A stretch of DNA of 64,000 nucleotides from Candidatus Woesearchaeota archaeon (GCA_021735165.1 JAIPHP010000001.1:23510-87509); one strand, 5' to 3'. Counted from the first letter of the stretch, positions 48,336-58,770 are shown. Program-made: numbers and translations. The notes: generated by a model from the sequence alone, not told the origin.

Positions 48336-50444
48336 TTAAACTATTTCTGATGTGTGATCATGCTTTCTTATCTGTATTATGTTTTCTACAAAGCTTTCCA
48401 TTTTTGGTTCATGACTTACAATTATTGTTTGTCTGCTTCCTAACTGTTCAAGGACATCTCGGACTTTATCTAGTTGATCTGTGCTAAACCCGTCTGTTGG
48501 TTCATCTAAAATTATTATATCTTTTGTTTTTATATTGCTTATATAATCGTTTATTGTTTTGTTTAATGCTAATCTATACGCTAATGCTACTGCTGTTTTT
48601 TCCCCACCACTTAAATTTTCTATTTCGGTATCATAACCGTTTTGATTTATACTTGGCGCAAAAGTATCATTTAATTGCGCTTGTATTGTTTCATCTTCTA
48701 TTAAAGTTTTAAACCAATCTCTAAATCTTTGATTGAATTCTTGGTGTATTGTCGCTAATGTGTGTTTTTCTATATTGACGACTAAATTGATAAAATGGTT
48801 TTTTATCCAGTTATGTATTTTATTTTGTTTTTGTATATTTTTGCTAAGTTCCTGTTTTTTGTTCAGTTCTGTTTGTTTTTGATTCTTTTGTTCTCGTTTA
48901 CCATATATTTTTTGTTTTATTTCCGCTTTAACTATTTCTTGTTGTCTTATTTTTTGTTGCAGTTCCTTCAAATTCTGTTTGTTTTTTAACATCATTTGTT
49001 CATCTATTTTTATTGTTTGAAGTTGCTTAACGTATTCATTCAAGATTTTTTTTAGTTCAACGATACTTATTTTTTGATCTTCCTCTTTCTTTTGGATCTG
49101 TTTTTGTTTTTCTTTTAGAAAAATTATTTTTTCTTGCCTTTTTTCCCAGTTTTCTAGTTTTATTTTTTGTATTTGTTCCTCTTGCCTTTTTTCTCTTAAA
49201 TCCTGTAATTTTTTATTTATTTTTTCCAGATTTGTCTGGGCTATCAAAATTATCTTTTCGTAGTTATGTTTTTGTTTTTCTGATTCAGTTATCTTTGCTT
49301 GCTGTTCTGATTCAACATGAATTTTATGTTCTTCCGTTACTTTTTGGTTGCAAGTAGGACAATTTTGTAAGGAACCTATTTTTAGTATTAGTTGCTTTGC
49401 ATTTTCCGCGTTGTTTTCTAAGATTGCGATTTTATTTTTTGCTAGCAATAATTTTTTTTCGTTTTCTTCTTTTAACTTTTCGTAGTACTCTGGAGTATGT
49501 TCTAAAGCTTTGATTTCTCTTTCTGATTGTTGTTGATTATCTTCTGCAATTTTCGGTTTTGGTTCTGATTTTATTTCTTCTAATTCTTTGTTTATTTCTT
49601 TATTTTGTTCTTCTAAGTTCTCTATGATTTTTTCGTTATTAATTAGTTCTGATTTTTTCATCTGTATTTTATTTTTTATTGTATCGCATAATTTTTCTTG
49701 TTGTTCTATTTTTTCTATTTCTTTTCTTAAATCCTCTTCTTGCATTTCTAATTCTTTAATCACTGTTTTTTCAAATTGTTCTTGGAGCTGTTTTATCTGG
49801 TCTTCTAAATCTTTTATTTCTTTTTTTAATTCTTCCTGACCCTGGACTAAAAGCTCCATCAATTTTATTTCATTCCTTAATTCTTTTGCGTACAAATTAG
49901 CATTTTCAGTTATTCTTTTGTATTTATCTATGTCAAATAGTTTCCTTATTTTTTCCAATCTTTCATCTGAATTTTCAAAAAGAATTAGTTTCATTTCTTC
50001 TTGCGGAGTATATACTGTATACCTAAATATCAAAGATTTTGATTTTGTGAGAAGATCTTCCGGATAACCTATCAAATCTAGAATTTTTGATTTTAATTCC
50101 ACAGCAGTCAGATCAGTCTTTTCAGCATCCATAATTATGTATCCAGAATCCTGTTGTATTCCCACACTTGTTTTTTTCAACGTTCTTTGAATTTCTATAT
50201 TTTTATTATCTATTTCAAAACTTAAATTTATTATACCTTCCCGTTCACCATGTCTTAAAAGAGTAGATCCTGAAATCGTACCTCTTATAAATCCAAATAA
50301 TGCAAATTCTATTGCTAATAAAATAGTTGTTTTGCCAGAACCTATATCTCCAGACAATAAAGTTGAACCTTCATCAAAAGTTATTTCTAACTCTTTGTAA
50401 GATCTTATATTTTTTAGAGAAATTTTTTTGAGGAGCATCTTCAT
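48336..50444 (-). CDS. rad50: compact Rad50/SbcC-like ABC ATPase with CxxC zinc hook
   Basis: Walker A GDIGSGKTT, long coiled coil with central CPTCNQ hook, signature LSGGEKTAVALAYRLAL, Walker B IIILDEPT, H-loop IIVSHEP. Confidence 0.8.
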   Translation of the reverse strand: MKMLLKKISLKNIRSYKELEITFDEGSTLLSGDIGSGKTTILLAIEFALFGFIRGTISGSTLLRHGEREGIINLSFEIDNKNIEIQRTLKKTSVGIQQDSGYIIMDAEKTDLTAVELKSKILDLIGYPEDLLTKSKSLIFRYTVYTPQEEMKLILFENSDERLEKIRKLFDIDKYKRITENANLYAKELRNEIKLMELLVQGQEELKKEIKDLEDQIKQLQEQFEKTVIKELEMQEEDLRKEIEKIEQQEKLCDTIKNKIQMKKSELINNEKIIENLEEQNKEINKELEEIKSEPKPKIAEDNQQQSEREIKALEHTPEYYEKLKEENEKKLLLAKNKIAILENNAENAKQLILKIGSLQNCPTCNQKVTEEHKIHVESEQQAKITESEKQKHNYEKIILIAQTNLEKINKKLQDLREKRQEEQIQKIKLENWEKRQEKIIFLKEKQKQIQKKEEDQKISIVELKKILNEYVKQLQTIKIDEQMMLKNKQNLKELQQKIRQQEIVKAEIKQKIYGKREQKNQKQTELNKKQELSKNIQKQNKIHNWIKNHFINLVVNIEKHTLATIHQEFNQRFRDWFKTLIEDETIQAQLNDTFAPSINQNGYDTEIENLSGGEKTAVALAYRLALNKTINDYISNIKTKDIIILDEPTDGFSTDQLDKVRDVLEQLGSRQTIIVSHEPKMESFVENIIQIRKHDHTSEIV

Positions 50445-50518
50445 TTAGGAAAAATTCGATAGTTTATATTATTTCTTGTGCATGATGCACTATTTAAAGA
50501 TATTAGAACCATTTAATA

Positions 50519-51685
50519 TTATTGGATGTAGTTTAAATCATGACTTTTTGAAAACAACTTGTTATAATTATTAAACATAGTTTTTTGCATATTAGAAGTC
50601 ACATCACTAAGTTTCTTTGCAATATCATCAATGCCCTCAGATACATAATCAGACATAGTATCAGCACAGGGCATAATTCTCTTAGTTACAGGCTCTAATT
50701 TTTCATCAATATACATGAGTTTTATTTGTAACGAATCATTTTTCTTTAAAGATTTTTCAGCTTTACTCAATATTTGTATAGCTAATCCTCCAATCGTCCA
50801 ACCTAGCGTTCCAGACTCCGTATACTCTTTATTTTTAATCAAATTATAGTTTTGTTTTAACACATCAATTGTTCTAGCAGCAACATATAAATTCGTTATC
50901 CCAATAGACAATCCCTGCGCATCCATACCTTGTGTTTCCAGAACTTTTTCAAGACCATAACTCCACGCCATGACTTGACCAAAGCCACTTGGAGAATTTA
51001 ACACTCTAGATAAAGAACTTATATTATTATAGTGTTCTTCTTGTTCAGAATTTATCTTAGTCGCCTTTTTAAAAGCTTGAACGTCTTCTACAGGTATTCC
51101 GTCTAAAAAATAAGCTAATAGCCCAGTATAAGCTAGTTTAGACTGATTATTAGTTGGCAATGGAGCTAAATTAGATAATATTTTTGCTTTCAAATCAGGA
51201 TAATGCTGTTTTTTTGTAAGCTCATTATAAAGATCCTTCCTAAATTCTTTTCTTTCACTACGTAAATTCTTATTTATATTACCATCATAAATGCCTCTCC
51301 ACGTATCCAATAAAGTCTCTTTTACAACCATGCCCTGAATCACAGAATTATAAGTCAAAGCCAATATTTTATCTTTAACATCAATAACTTTTTCCTTTGT
51401 TTCAAATATTACATCTTCAATATTATGAATTAACTCATAAGGATCAAAAGGATCATATTGACCTACATCCACAAATGAGCTCATAGAAACAGCGCCTTTA
51501 TCAGTCATGAAAAGAGGCTCTTTTTTTCTCATATAAAATTTCATTGTATGATTCTTTTTTTTAGAAAAAATGTTCTTTTCTTGCTTCTCAACAGGAATGT
51601 TAACTGAATCCTTTTTTTCCTTTTTTTCTTGCTTCTTTTTTTCGGAAGCACTAAATGCTAAACTTCTGGCTATTGATAAATCCAT
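50519..51685 (-). CDS. hypothetical protein upstream of rad50-like gene (no Mre11 motifs)
   Basis: ORF only; no phosphoesterase motifs. Confidence 0.4.
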   Translation of the reverse strand: MDLSIARSLAFSASEKKKQEKKEKKDSVNIPVEKQEKNIFSKKKNHTMKFYMRKKEPLFMTDKGAVSMSSFVDVGQYDPFDPYELIHNIEDVIFETKEKVIDVKDKILALTYNSVIQGMVVKETLLDTWRGIYDGNINKNLRSERKEFRKDLYNELTKKQHYPDLKAKILSNLAPLPTNNQSKLAYTGLLAYFLDGIPVEDVQAFKKATKINSEQEEHYNNISSLSRVLNSPSGFGQVMAWSYGLEKVLETQGMDAQGLSIGITNLYVAARTIDVLKQNYNLIKNKEYTESGTLGWTIGGLAIQILSKAEKSLKKNDSLQIKLMYIDEKLEPVTKRIMPCADTMSDYVSEGIDDIAKKLSDVTSNMQKTMFNNYNKLFSKSHDLNYIQ

Positions 51686-51791
51686 TATGACCTAGAAAAG
51701 TGTTGATTTCTATTTAAATATTGCGAAAGAATTCTTAAAAATGGCTCACACTCCAAATTATTTAAATACTAACAACCACACTTAACAAAAT

Positions 51792-52205
51792 ATGATAACC
51801 GAACGAGCACTAAGCCTTACCTGCCCAAATAAAAAATGTTCAAAATACAAAAAACACCTGCGAGGAAACATAATAAAATATGGAACACAAAAAAACGGTG
51901 TGCCTAGATACAAATGCTCAGAATGCAAAAAAACATTTACAAAAATAAATAATGTGCGAAAAAATATGAAAATATCAAGAGAAGAATTCATTCATATATG
52001 CAAGTTAATGGCTCAAAAAATGAGCTTTAGAAAAATAAGCCGAAAAACAGGCAAACACCTAGACACAATAAGAGGTGTAGCAAATAGGATTACAGAAAAC
52101 TACAGAAAAATGCGTGATTACTTCAAAGACGATTTAAAAATGGAAGAACAAGAAGTAGAAAGCATGTGGAGTCATATCAAAAAAAAGAAAAAAATCAAAG
52201 AATGA
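51792..52205 (+). CDS. zinc-ribbon plus HTH protein resembling IS1 InsA / transposase N-terminal domains
   Basis: CPNKKCSKY...CSECKK C4 ribbon followed by helix-turn-helix-like region (ISREEFIHICKLMAQKMSFRKISRKTG). Confidence 0.5.
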   Translation: MITERALSLTCPNKKCSKYKKHLRGNIIKYGTQKNGVPRYKCSECKKTFTKINNVRKNMKISREEFIHICKLMAQKMSFRKISRKTGKHLDTIRGVANRITENYRKMRDYFKDDLKMEEQEVESMWSHIKKKKKIKE

Positions 52206-52422
52206 TAAAAACCTGAAAAACAGCAAGAAAATATAATTTTTAAAGAAAAGCATTGAAAACAAGTTTTCAGGGTTTTGAAAGCTTAACTTCTCAAAACCTT
52301 TAAAAACTGAACCTATTTCTCAAACATAAACATTCAGCCCCGCAGATATACCACCAAGATTTTTTCAAAAAATCTTGTAAAAAGAGTACGTTTTGCGGAG
52401 CTCAACAGTACAAAACACAAAA

Positions 52423-52571
52423 AGCCCCGTAGTGTAGCGGCCAATCATCCCAGCCTTTGGCCAACTGGTTTCGCTCGGTTGACACGCAAAGTGACATGCG
52501 CACTTCGTGCTTAGCCCCTGAGACAGATTGGAAGACAGCTGGGGACCTCGGTTCAAATCCGGGCGGGGCTA
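52423..52571 (+). tRNA. tRNA-Gln: tRNA-Gln(UUG) with approximately 76-nt intron at canonical 37/38 position (52461-52536)
   Basis: acceptor AGCCCCG/CGGGGCT, D-arm GTGTAGCGGCCAATCATC (as in archaeal tRNA-Gln), anticodon stem CCAGC/GCTGG with loop CTTTGG|A, T-arm CTCGGTTCAAATCCGGG; CCA not encoded. Confidence 0.8.
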
Positions 52572-52679
52572 TATCTGAGTCTCACGTCTTTTAGTGGACT
52601 CTTATTTTTCTTTATTTTTGCATCAAAAAAGGCAAATTATTTTAAGTTCAGCAATTCTTTAATTTTTAGGTGATATATA

Positions 52680-52964
52680 ATGGGGAATCTTTTTGAGAAC
52701 ACCAATGCAATTGTTAAGTCGTACATTGATAAGGGTAAATTTTATTTGTGTGATTTGGAAGATGAAATTCATACTCAAGATGGTATAATGAGGGTTGCGC
52801 CAGGACTTACAGTGAAAGAACATTTAGACGACTTGGCAGATGAAGGGGTTTTAGTAAAAGAAATTTCTCTTTACAAAAACTCAGGAAAACATGAGATTCA
52901 TTATTCAATTAATAAAGATTTTAAACCCAATTATGAGTTATTTAATATACCTGATATTATGTAA
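52680..52964 (+). CDS. hypothetical protein (cassette 1)
   Basis: ORF only. Confidence 0.35.
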   Translation: MGNLFENTNAIVKSYIDKGKFYLCDLEDEIHTQDGIMRVAPGLTVKEHLDDLADEGVLVKEISLYKNSGKHEIHYSINKDFKPNYELFNIPDIM

Positions 52965-53065
52965 TACAACATCGGAGTTTCATATATAAATAATGGCACT
53001 TGAGGTCGGGCGGGGCTATACCCTATCCACGGTAAATCTGTGGACTCCTTCTTTTAAATGGTTTT

Positions 53066-53740
53066 TTAGTTATCTAATTCTTCTAGAAATAATTTCAGGT
53101 GCGGTTCTGTTTGCAGTTCTTTTATTTCGTTTTGAGTCATTGGTTTGTTTTGGTTGTTTAGTATTTTTTGATTACCCCATGATTCGTTTATTTTTTGCAG
53201 TAGGTATTTGCTTTCTGGGATTAGTTGCTTAATTTTTTCGTTGAAGAAATACTCAACTAAATTTTCTTTTATTGAATTGTTTTCTTGTTCTTGAACAATT
53301 AATTCTTTTGCTATGTAGAGGAATCCTTTTATGCATTTTTGGTAGTCTTCTTCGTCTAGTTTTTCTAGGAATATTCTTATTTCTTGGTTTTTTGCATAGA
53401 GTTTGAATTGTAAATGTTTGTCTGAGTGTCCTTTTTTGTGGTGGTGTATCATTGATTCTTTTGTTTCGCCTTCTAGTGTGAATTTTGATGATTTGAGATT
53501 TAAGCAATATTCGTCTTCTACTAATGAGTTTGTTTCTGTTAGTGTTATTTGTATTTCTTCTTGAGAAAATGTGGTTACATATTCGTCTTCGTATTGTCCT
53601 CTATTGTTTTTGAGGTTTTCAAGATTTGCGTATTCTGGCAGGATGTAGATATATTTTGGTTTACTCATAGTAAATGTCTCCTTATATCGTAGTGTAGCGA
53701 GTCTTTTGATAGGTTGTTTTTTTCGTATGCTTCTGACCAA
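53066..53740 (-). CDS. hypothetical protein
   Basis: ORF only. Confidence 0.35.
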   Translation of the reverse strand: MVRSIRKKQPIKRLATLRYKETFTMSKPKYIYILPEYANLENLKNNRGQYEDEYVTTFSQEEIQITLTETNSLVEDEYCLNLKSSKFTLEGETKESMIHHHKKGHSDKHLQFKLYAKNQEIRIFLEKLDEEDYQKCIKGFLYIAKELIVQEQENNSIKENLVEYFFNEKIKQLIPESKYLLQKINESWGNQKILNNQNKPMTQNEIKELQTEPHLKLFLEELDN

Positions 53741-54273
53741 TTATCTCTATTGAAGTAGTCTTCTATTGTTTCAAATTGATAAAGTTTTATATCGAAAATT
53801 TCTTCTAGTAGTTGTTTTAAGCATACAAAATAAATCAAATCTTTTTCTTTACTAATTACATTTTCTGGATTTTCCCAACCTTTTCCACTATTAATGTTCA
53901 CAATTTCTAGATCAAGTCGCCAGTCAAGGTCTTGTGACCTTGATAGTTCTTTTAATGATTTGTTTTGTAATAGCGCGATTATTGAGATGTCGTTGTATTT
54001 ACATACAACTACGTATTCTTGGTTTTTTATTTTTATGTGTACTGTCTTATGAGCTGTTTCGTATTTTGTTCCTATGATGTTTCCTTTTTGTATTATTGTT
54101 GTGTTCTTTTCAGAATTAAGAGCATTCGCTAATTTGATTAGTCTTAAGATTATTTGTTCGTGTGTTTCTTTACCTTTGGCTAGTTCTTCTAGCATGTCTT
54201 TGGTTTTTTGTTTGAGTCTTATTGTTGAAGACTTTTCGCTTGAGGTTATGTTTACTTTTTCCATTCCAATCAC
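53665..54273 (-). CDS. hypothetical protein, possible N-terminal ribbon-helix-helix
   Basis: N-terminal STIRLKQKTKDMLEELAK pattern; weak. Confidence 0.35.
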   Translation of the reverse strand: MIGMEKVNITSSEKSSTIRLKQKTKDMLEELAKGKETHEQIILRLIKLANALNSEKNTTIIQKGNIIGTKYETAHKTVHIKIKNQEYVVVCKYNDISIIALLQNKSLKELSRSQDLDWRLDLEIVNINSGKGWENPENVISKEKDLIYFVCLKQLLEEIFDIKLYQFETIEDYFNRDNWSEAYEKNNLSKDSLHYDIRRHLL

Positions 54274-54397
54274 CCATATATAATGTATACAACATATACA
54301 AAGTATATAAATTTTGTGTTTTTGTAATGCAAAATCGGAGATTTATTTATAAATAAACAGATAGGGGTCAGGCAGGCTATTTCATATTTCATATCCA

Positions 54398-55156
54398 TTA
54401 TTTTTTTGAAAGTTCCCATAGGAGCTTAAAATATTTTTTATAAGCTTCTGCTATTTCCTGTTGTTTAATCATGAATGCAAGTGGTTTTTCGGACCAGTGA
54501 ATAATTACAACTCTGCTTCCATAAACATAAGTTGTTGAAGGGTTTATATATTCGTCTGAGATATATTTTATTTTACATGACTGTAATTCTTGTTCTCTTT
54601 GTTCAATTCTTATTTTTTCTGAAAAAATTATTGACATTGATATTTTTAATTTTATTCGTGTCTTGTGAAAATTATTAAAGTATGTTGGGAATAGCTTTTT
54701 GAAAGATCCACTTGCACCCCACACGTAAAAATGATTTTTTTGCTTTATTATGTCTTCAAATATATTTTTTAGACCATTTTTTCCTTCATACACTGCGCCT
54801 TCTAGTTGTTGCCCAACAGATCTTATTTTCTCCATTTCTGGAATAATTCTTTGTATTTCTTCTTCTTGTTTTTCAAGTTCTGATTTTTTATTTTTAATAA
54901 ATTCAGTTAATTTATTGAATGCTTCTGCTTGGAAATATTTCTTTTTTCTTTTAATTATGTATGATACTAATCCTTTGTTTATAAGAAGATCTAAGAGGTT
55001 GTAGACTACTGCTCTGTGAAGCCCTGCTTTTTTTATAAGTGGTCCTGCTGAAGTTGTTCCTAATTCTATTAAATGTAAGTAAACTTTTGACTCTTGTGGT
55101 GTAAGTCCTGCTTTGACTAAAATTGTATTGTCCATATAGATGTAATTATATTTCAA
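54398..55156 (-). CDS. TrmB-family transcriptional regulator (paralog 1 of 3)
   Basis: N-terminal TrmB HTH (GLTPQESKVYLHLIELGTTSAGPLIKKAGLHRAVVYNLLDLLINKGLV). Confidence 0.7.
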   Translation of the reverse strand: MKYNYIYMDNTILVKAGLTPQESKVYLHLIELGTTSAGPLIKKAGLHRAVVYNLLDLLINKGLVSYIIKRKKKYFQAEAFNKLTEFIKNKKSELEKQEEEIQRIIPEMEKIRSVGQQLEGAVYEGKNGLKNIFEDIIKQKNHFYVWGASGSFKKLFPTYFNNFHKTRIKLKISMSIIFSEKIRIEQREQELQSCKIKYISDEYINPSTTYVYGSRVVIIHWSEKPLAFMIKQQEIAEAYKKYFKLLWELSKK

Positions 55157-55176
55157 ATATATAAATTTGTCGTAAT

Positions 55177-55905
55177 ATGATATTATTACAAATTTATAAA
55201 TATATGTTTCAATTACACTTTACAATGGTAACAAACCAAGACTATCGGTCTGCAAAAGAATACTTTGACAATATCTGGTCAGAACAACAAGAATCACTAA
55301 TTGATTTATGTTCATATAAATCTAAACAAGATTTTTATGTAATTGCTGACTTTGATGATTCAGGGATAATTTTTGAAGACAAGAAACAAAGAGGTTTTTC
55401 TGCATTAGATTTATCGGGAGTTACAAATAAAGTGGTTCTGATAAAATATGCTTCATTTGAATTTTCTTTCAAAGAAAACACCAATTTTTATACTAAACTT
55501 TATGAGGATATGAACAAATTTATTCTGTCTTCCGGAACTGGTTTAGAAATACTGAATCCTCCTAAAGTGGGTTTATTTCTATTCAATCAATATCTAACAT
55601 ATATTCTTGAGAATGAAAAAAACTGGAAAAAAACGACAAAAAAAGAGAAAAGTCAAACAGGTTTGCTTTTTTCTGGTTATGTTCAAGACACGACAAAACC
55701 ATATAAATTAACCTTTGAGAATAGTCTTGAGGATTTGGTGAAAATTACAGAACAATACATTCTAAAAAGTTTTTCTGAAATCGAAAGAAGACCTTTTTTT
55801 GAAACTAATATCAAAGGCAATGTTAGAGATTTATTTACTGATTGTTATATTGGAAAGACAATTAATGATGCTTACATAGAAGATATATTAAAAGCGACAG
55901 GCTAA
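55177..55905 (+). CDS. hypothetical protein
   Basis: ORF only. Confidence 0.35.
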   Translation: MILLQIYKYMFQLHFTMVTNQDYRSAKEYFDNIWSEQQESLIDLCSYKSKQDFYVIADFDDSGIIFEDKKQRGFSALDLSGVTNKVVLIKYASFEFSFKENTNFYTKLYEDMNKFILSSGTGLEILNPPKVGLFLFNQYLTYILENEKNWKKTTKKEKSQTGLLFSGYVQDTTKPYKLTFENSLEDLVKITEQYILKSFSEIERRPFFETNIKGNVRDLFTDCYIGKTINDAYIEDILKATG

Positions 55906-56132
55906 TATTTTTTTGATAACATTTGATATACATTCTCCGAGATAGGTATTTATAGTATGACAAACGGCAGGGGCTATCAATCTTTGAGAATACTAAAAAA
56001 TCTGTTGATTTTCGGTGTACCAAAAATATACTATTTCTGTGTATATTCGAAGGAAAAACACTTGGGTTTTTAAGAAAAGTTTATATGCGTTCATTTTAAA
56101 TGAAAACATTTATATATTTTAAATGAATACAT

Positions 56133-57341
56133 TTGAATATGTTATCTAAAGATGTACTTAAAGAGGTTGTTTTAGCTCAGCAAAAGGATTTGGAATTACC
56201 TTTTGGTGTGACTCGAGAAAAACAAGTTAAACCTTTAAAGAAATTTGCTCTTATCATAACTGGTCTTCGAAGATCTGGCAAATCAACTTTATTGAGACAA
56301 TATTTTAGTAACAAAAAACCAATTTATTATCTCCATTTTGAAGATTTACGTCTTTCTTCTTTTGAGAGTTCTGACTTTACCAAATTAAATGTTGTTTTTG
56401 AAGAAGTATTAGGGAATGATGGTGTTTATTTTCTCGACGAAGTTCAAAACATTAATAGTTGGGAGATTTATGTCAGGTCGCTTGTGGATTCGGGAAAAGA
56501 AGTTTATGTAACTGGTTCCAATAGTTCTTTAATGAGTAAAGAATTGGGTACAAGACTCACTGGCAGACATATTTCAGAAGAGCTCTATCCTTTTAATTTT
56601 TCGGAGTTTTGTCTGGCAAAGAAGAAAAAAGAATCACTTAAGCTTTTTGATGATTATCTTGTTTCAGGGGGGTTGCCTGAATATGTTCTTCAACAAGATG
56701 TAAGGATTTTAGAATCACTAGTTAAAGATATTATTTACAAAGATGTCTTAGTGCGTCATAGAATTCGAGAGGAAGCAATAGTTGAAAGATTGGTCTCTTA
56801 TATATTGTCAAATATAGGAAAAGAAATATCTTATAATAAAATAAAAGATTTGATGGGTGTTGGTTCTCCAAATACCATAATTTCTTTAATGGATGCATTA
56901 GAAGATGCTTATTTTATATTTACAATAAACACGTTTGATTATTCTTTAAAAAAACAACTTCGAAATAAGCGAAAGGTGTATTGTGTAGATAATGGATTTA
57001 TAACTCAGACATCTTTGCAATTTTCAAAAAATTTAGGAAGATTACTAGAAAATCTTGTTTTTGTAGAATTAAAACGAAGAGGGTATGAAATATTTTTTCA
57101 TAAAGAAAAATATGAATGTGATTTTATAATAAAAAAGAATAATTTATCTGCAATACAAGTTTGTTATGAACTTAATCTAGATAATCAACAAAGAGAGCTT
57201 AATGGTTTAGTTGAAGGTATGAAAAAGATAAAAGCCACCGAAGGTATAATAATTACCCGTCATCAAGATGATTTTTTTGAAATAGATGACATGAAAATAA
57301 AAGTTGTTTCGATAATGGATTGGTTAAAAGAATTTGAATAA
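56133..57341 (+). CDS. AAA-type ATPase of the archaeal DUF4143 (AAA_14) family
   Basis: Walker A ITGLRRSGKST, Walker B FLDEVQ, typical about 400-aa architecture. Confidence 0.75.
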   Translation: MNMLSKDVLKEVVLAQQKDLELPFGVTREKQVKPLKKFALIITGLRRSGKSTLLRQYFSNKKPIYYLHFEDLRLSSFESSDFTKLNVVFEEVLGNDGVYFLDEVQNINSWEIYVRSLVDSGKEVYVTGSNSSLMSKELGTRLTGRHISEELYPFNFSEFCLAKKKKESLKLFDDYLVSGGLPEYVLQQDVRILESLVKDIIYKDVLVRHRIREEAIVERLVSYILSNIGKEISYNKIKDLMGVGSPNTIISLMDALEDAYFIFTINTFDYSLKKQLRNKRKVYCVDNGFITQTSLQFSKNLGRLLENLVFVELKRRGYEIFFHKEKYECDFIIKKNNLSAIQVCYELNLDNQQRELNGLVEGMKKIKATEGIIITRHQDDFFEIDDMKIKVVSIMDWLKEFE

Positions 57342-57387
57342 AATGGTTTTTAAGAGTTCTTTAAGGTCGCTGATTAGGGGCGCCGTC

Positions 57388-57564
57388 GGGCGGGGCTATA
57401 CTCCTTTGCGTGATATCAGAGAGCTTTCTTTTTGATGTCTGCAATTTTCTCTTTTTGGAGTCTCAAACTGATGAATTTTGATGTTTGAGAAAAATTTATC
57501 CAAACAATATTTTATTAGAAAAATGTTAAAAAACACTGTTTTAACATAGCTCAGGCAGGGCTAT
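57388..57564 (+). repeat. approximately 175-bp non-coding unit bounded by two core copies (copy 1)
   Basis: homologous along its whole length to 60905-61080. Confidence 0.7.
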
Positions 57565-57568
57565 TTGT

Positions 57569-57970
57569 TTATCCACCCAGCGATTCTAAATATTTCATTC
57601 GTGCAAAGTATTCTTTCATTTCCCTTCCTTGAATGGAAATAGTTACAGGCAGTTTAAGCTGGCTAATTTCTTTTGCCACTTCTTCTGCAAAACCTTCTGC
57701 AGCGATTCTATAATTAAATCCTTTTCCGTTTTTATAAAATTTATTTGTGTACAAATAGTTTTTTTCTATGTCTTTTCCATTCATCAATTCAAGTTTTACT
57801 CGCCAAAGGATGTGTGTTTCCGGCGAGTTTACAAAGTCAAAAGAGTCTCTTATGAACCTAAAAGGAAAAGTAATATCGTACCAATATCTATTTTTGTAGG
57901 TTATGTTAATCTTTTCTATCGTTCGAGAGGGAATCTCTTCTAAGATTGAGTTAAGGGTCGCATAGGTCAT
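57569..57970 (-). CDS. hypothetical protein
   Basis: ORF only. Confidence 0.35.
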   Translation of the reverse strand: MTYATLNSILEEIPSRTIEKINITYKNRYWYDITFPFRFIRDSFDFVNSPETHILWRVKLELMNGKDIEKNYLYTNKFYKNGKGFNYRIAAEGFAEEVAKEISQLKLPVTISIQGREMKEYFARMKYLESLGG

Positions 57971-58065
57971 TATTTAATGGTGAATATCCTGACCATATTA
58001 ATTTGTGTGGTGATTATTTCACCACAGAAAGAAACATTTAAATAGTTTATAGCCTAATTAGGTTT

Positions 58066-58770
58066 ATGGATACTTTTGCTTTAGAAAACATTGATTTAAA
58101 TGAAAAAGAAATAACAATATATTTAGTATTATTAAAAGTAGGTAAACTTTCTGGCGGCAAGATTGCAGAAAGAATCAGCACTCATAGAAGAACTGTTTAT
58201 GATGCATTATCTTCTTTGGTTGAGAAAGGTTTAGTAACCTATGTTATCTATAATAAAATAAAGTATTTTAGTGCTGTCGATCCAAAGAGGATAGTTGATA
58301 TTGTCGATGAACGAAGTTCTGCTGTGAAAAGAATGCTGCCTAAATTGGAAGCATTGCAAAAAAAATCTATTGAAGATGCTAAGGTTGAAATCTATCAAGG
58401 TATTAAAAGCATCAAACATATCTTTGAAGAAATTCTAACTTACAAATCGTATTCTGTTCTGGGTTCTGGGAAACCTTTAAGGGAGCTACTTGGACCATTT
58501 TTCCTATTATTTCAGAAAGAGAAGAAGATAAAAAAAATATCTTCAAAAATCATTATTTCTGAAATGTATTCAACAGACGATGTTAGCACTAAATCTTTTG
58601 GAGAAATAAGATTTATTAAAGATTATGACCCTCCTACAACAACATATATTTATGGTTCTAAAGTTGCAATTATTATTTCAGAACCTCCTTTGGCGATATT
58701 AATTGATAACAATCACGTTAATAGTTCATTTAAACTTTATTTTGACAAGATATGGGACAATATCGTTTGA
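58066..58770 (+). CDS. TrmB-family transcriptional regulator (paralog 2)
   Basis: N-terminal TrmB HTH (KEITIYLVLLKVGKLSGGKIAERISTHRRTVYDALSSLVEKGLV). Confidence 0.7.
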   Translation: MDTFALENIDLNEKEITIYLVLLKVGKLSGGKIAERISTHRRTVYDALSSLVEKGLVTYVIYNKIKYFSAVDPKRIVDIVDERSSAVKRMLPKLEALQKKSIEDAKVEIYQGIKSIKHIFEEILTYKSYSVLGSGKPLRELLGPFFLLFQKEKKIKKISSKIIISEMYSTDDVSTKSFGEIRFIKDYDPPTTTYIYGSKVAIIISEPPLAILIDNNHVNSSFKLYFDKIWDNIV

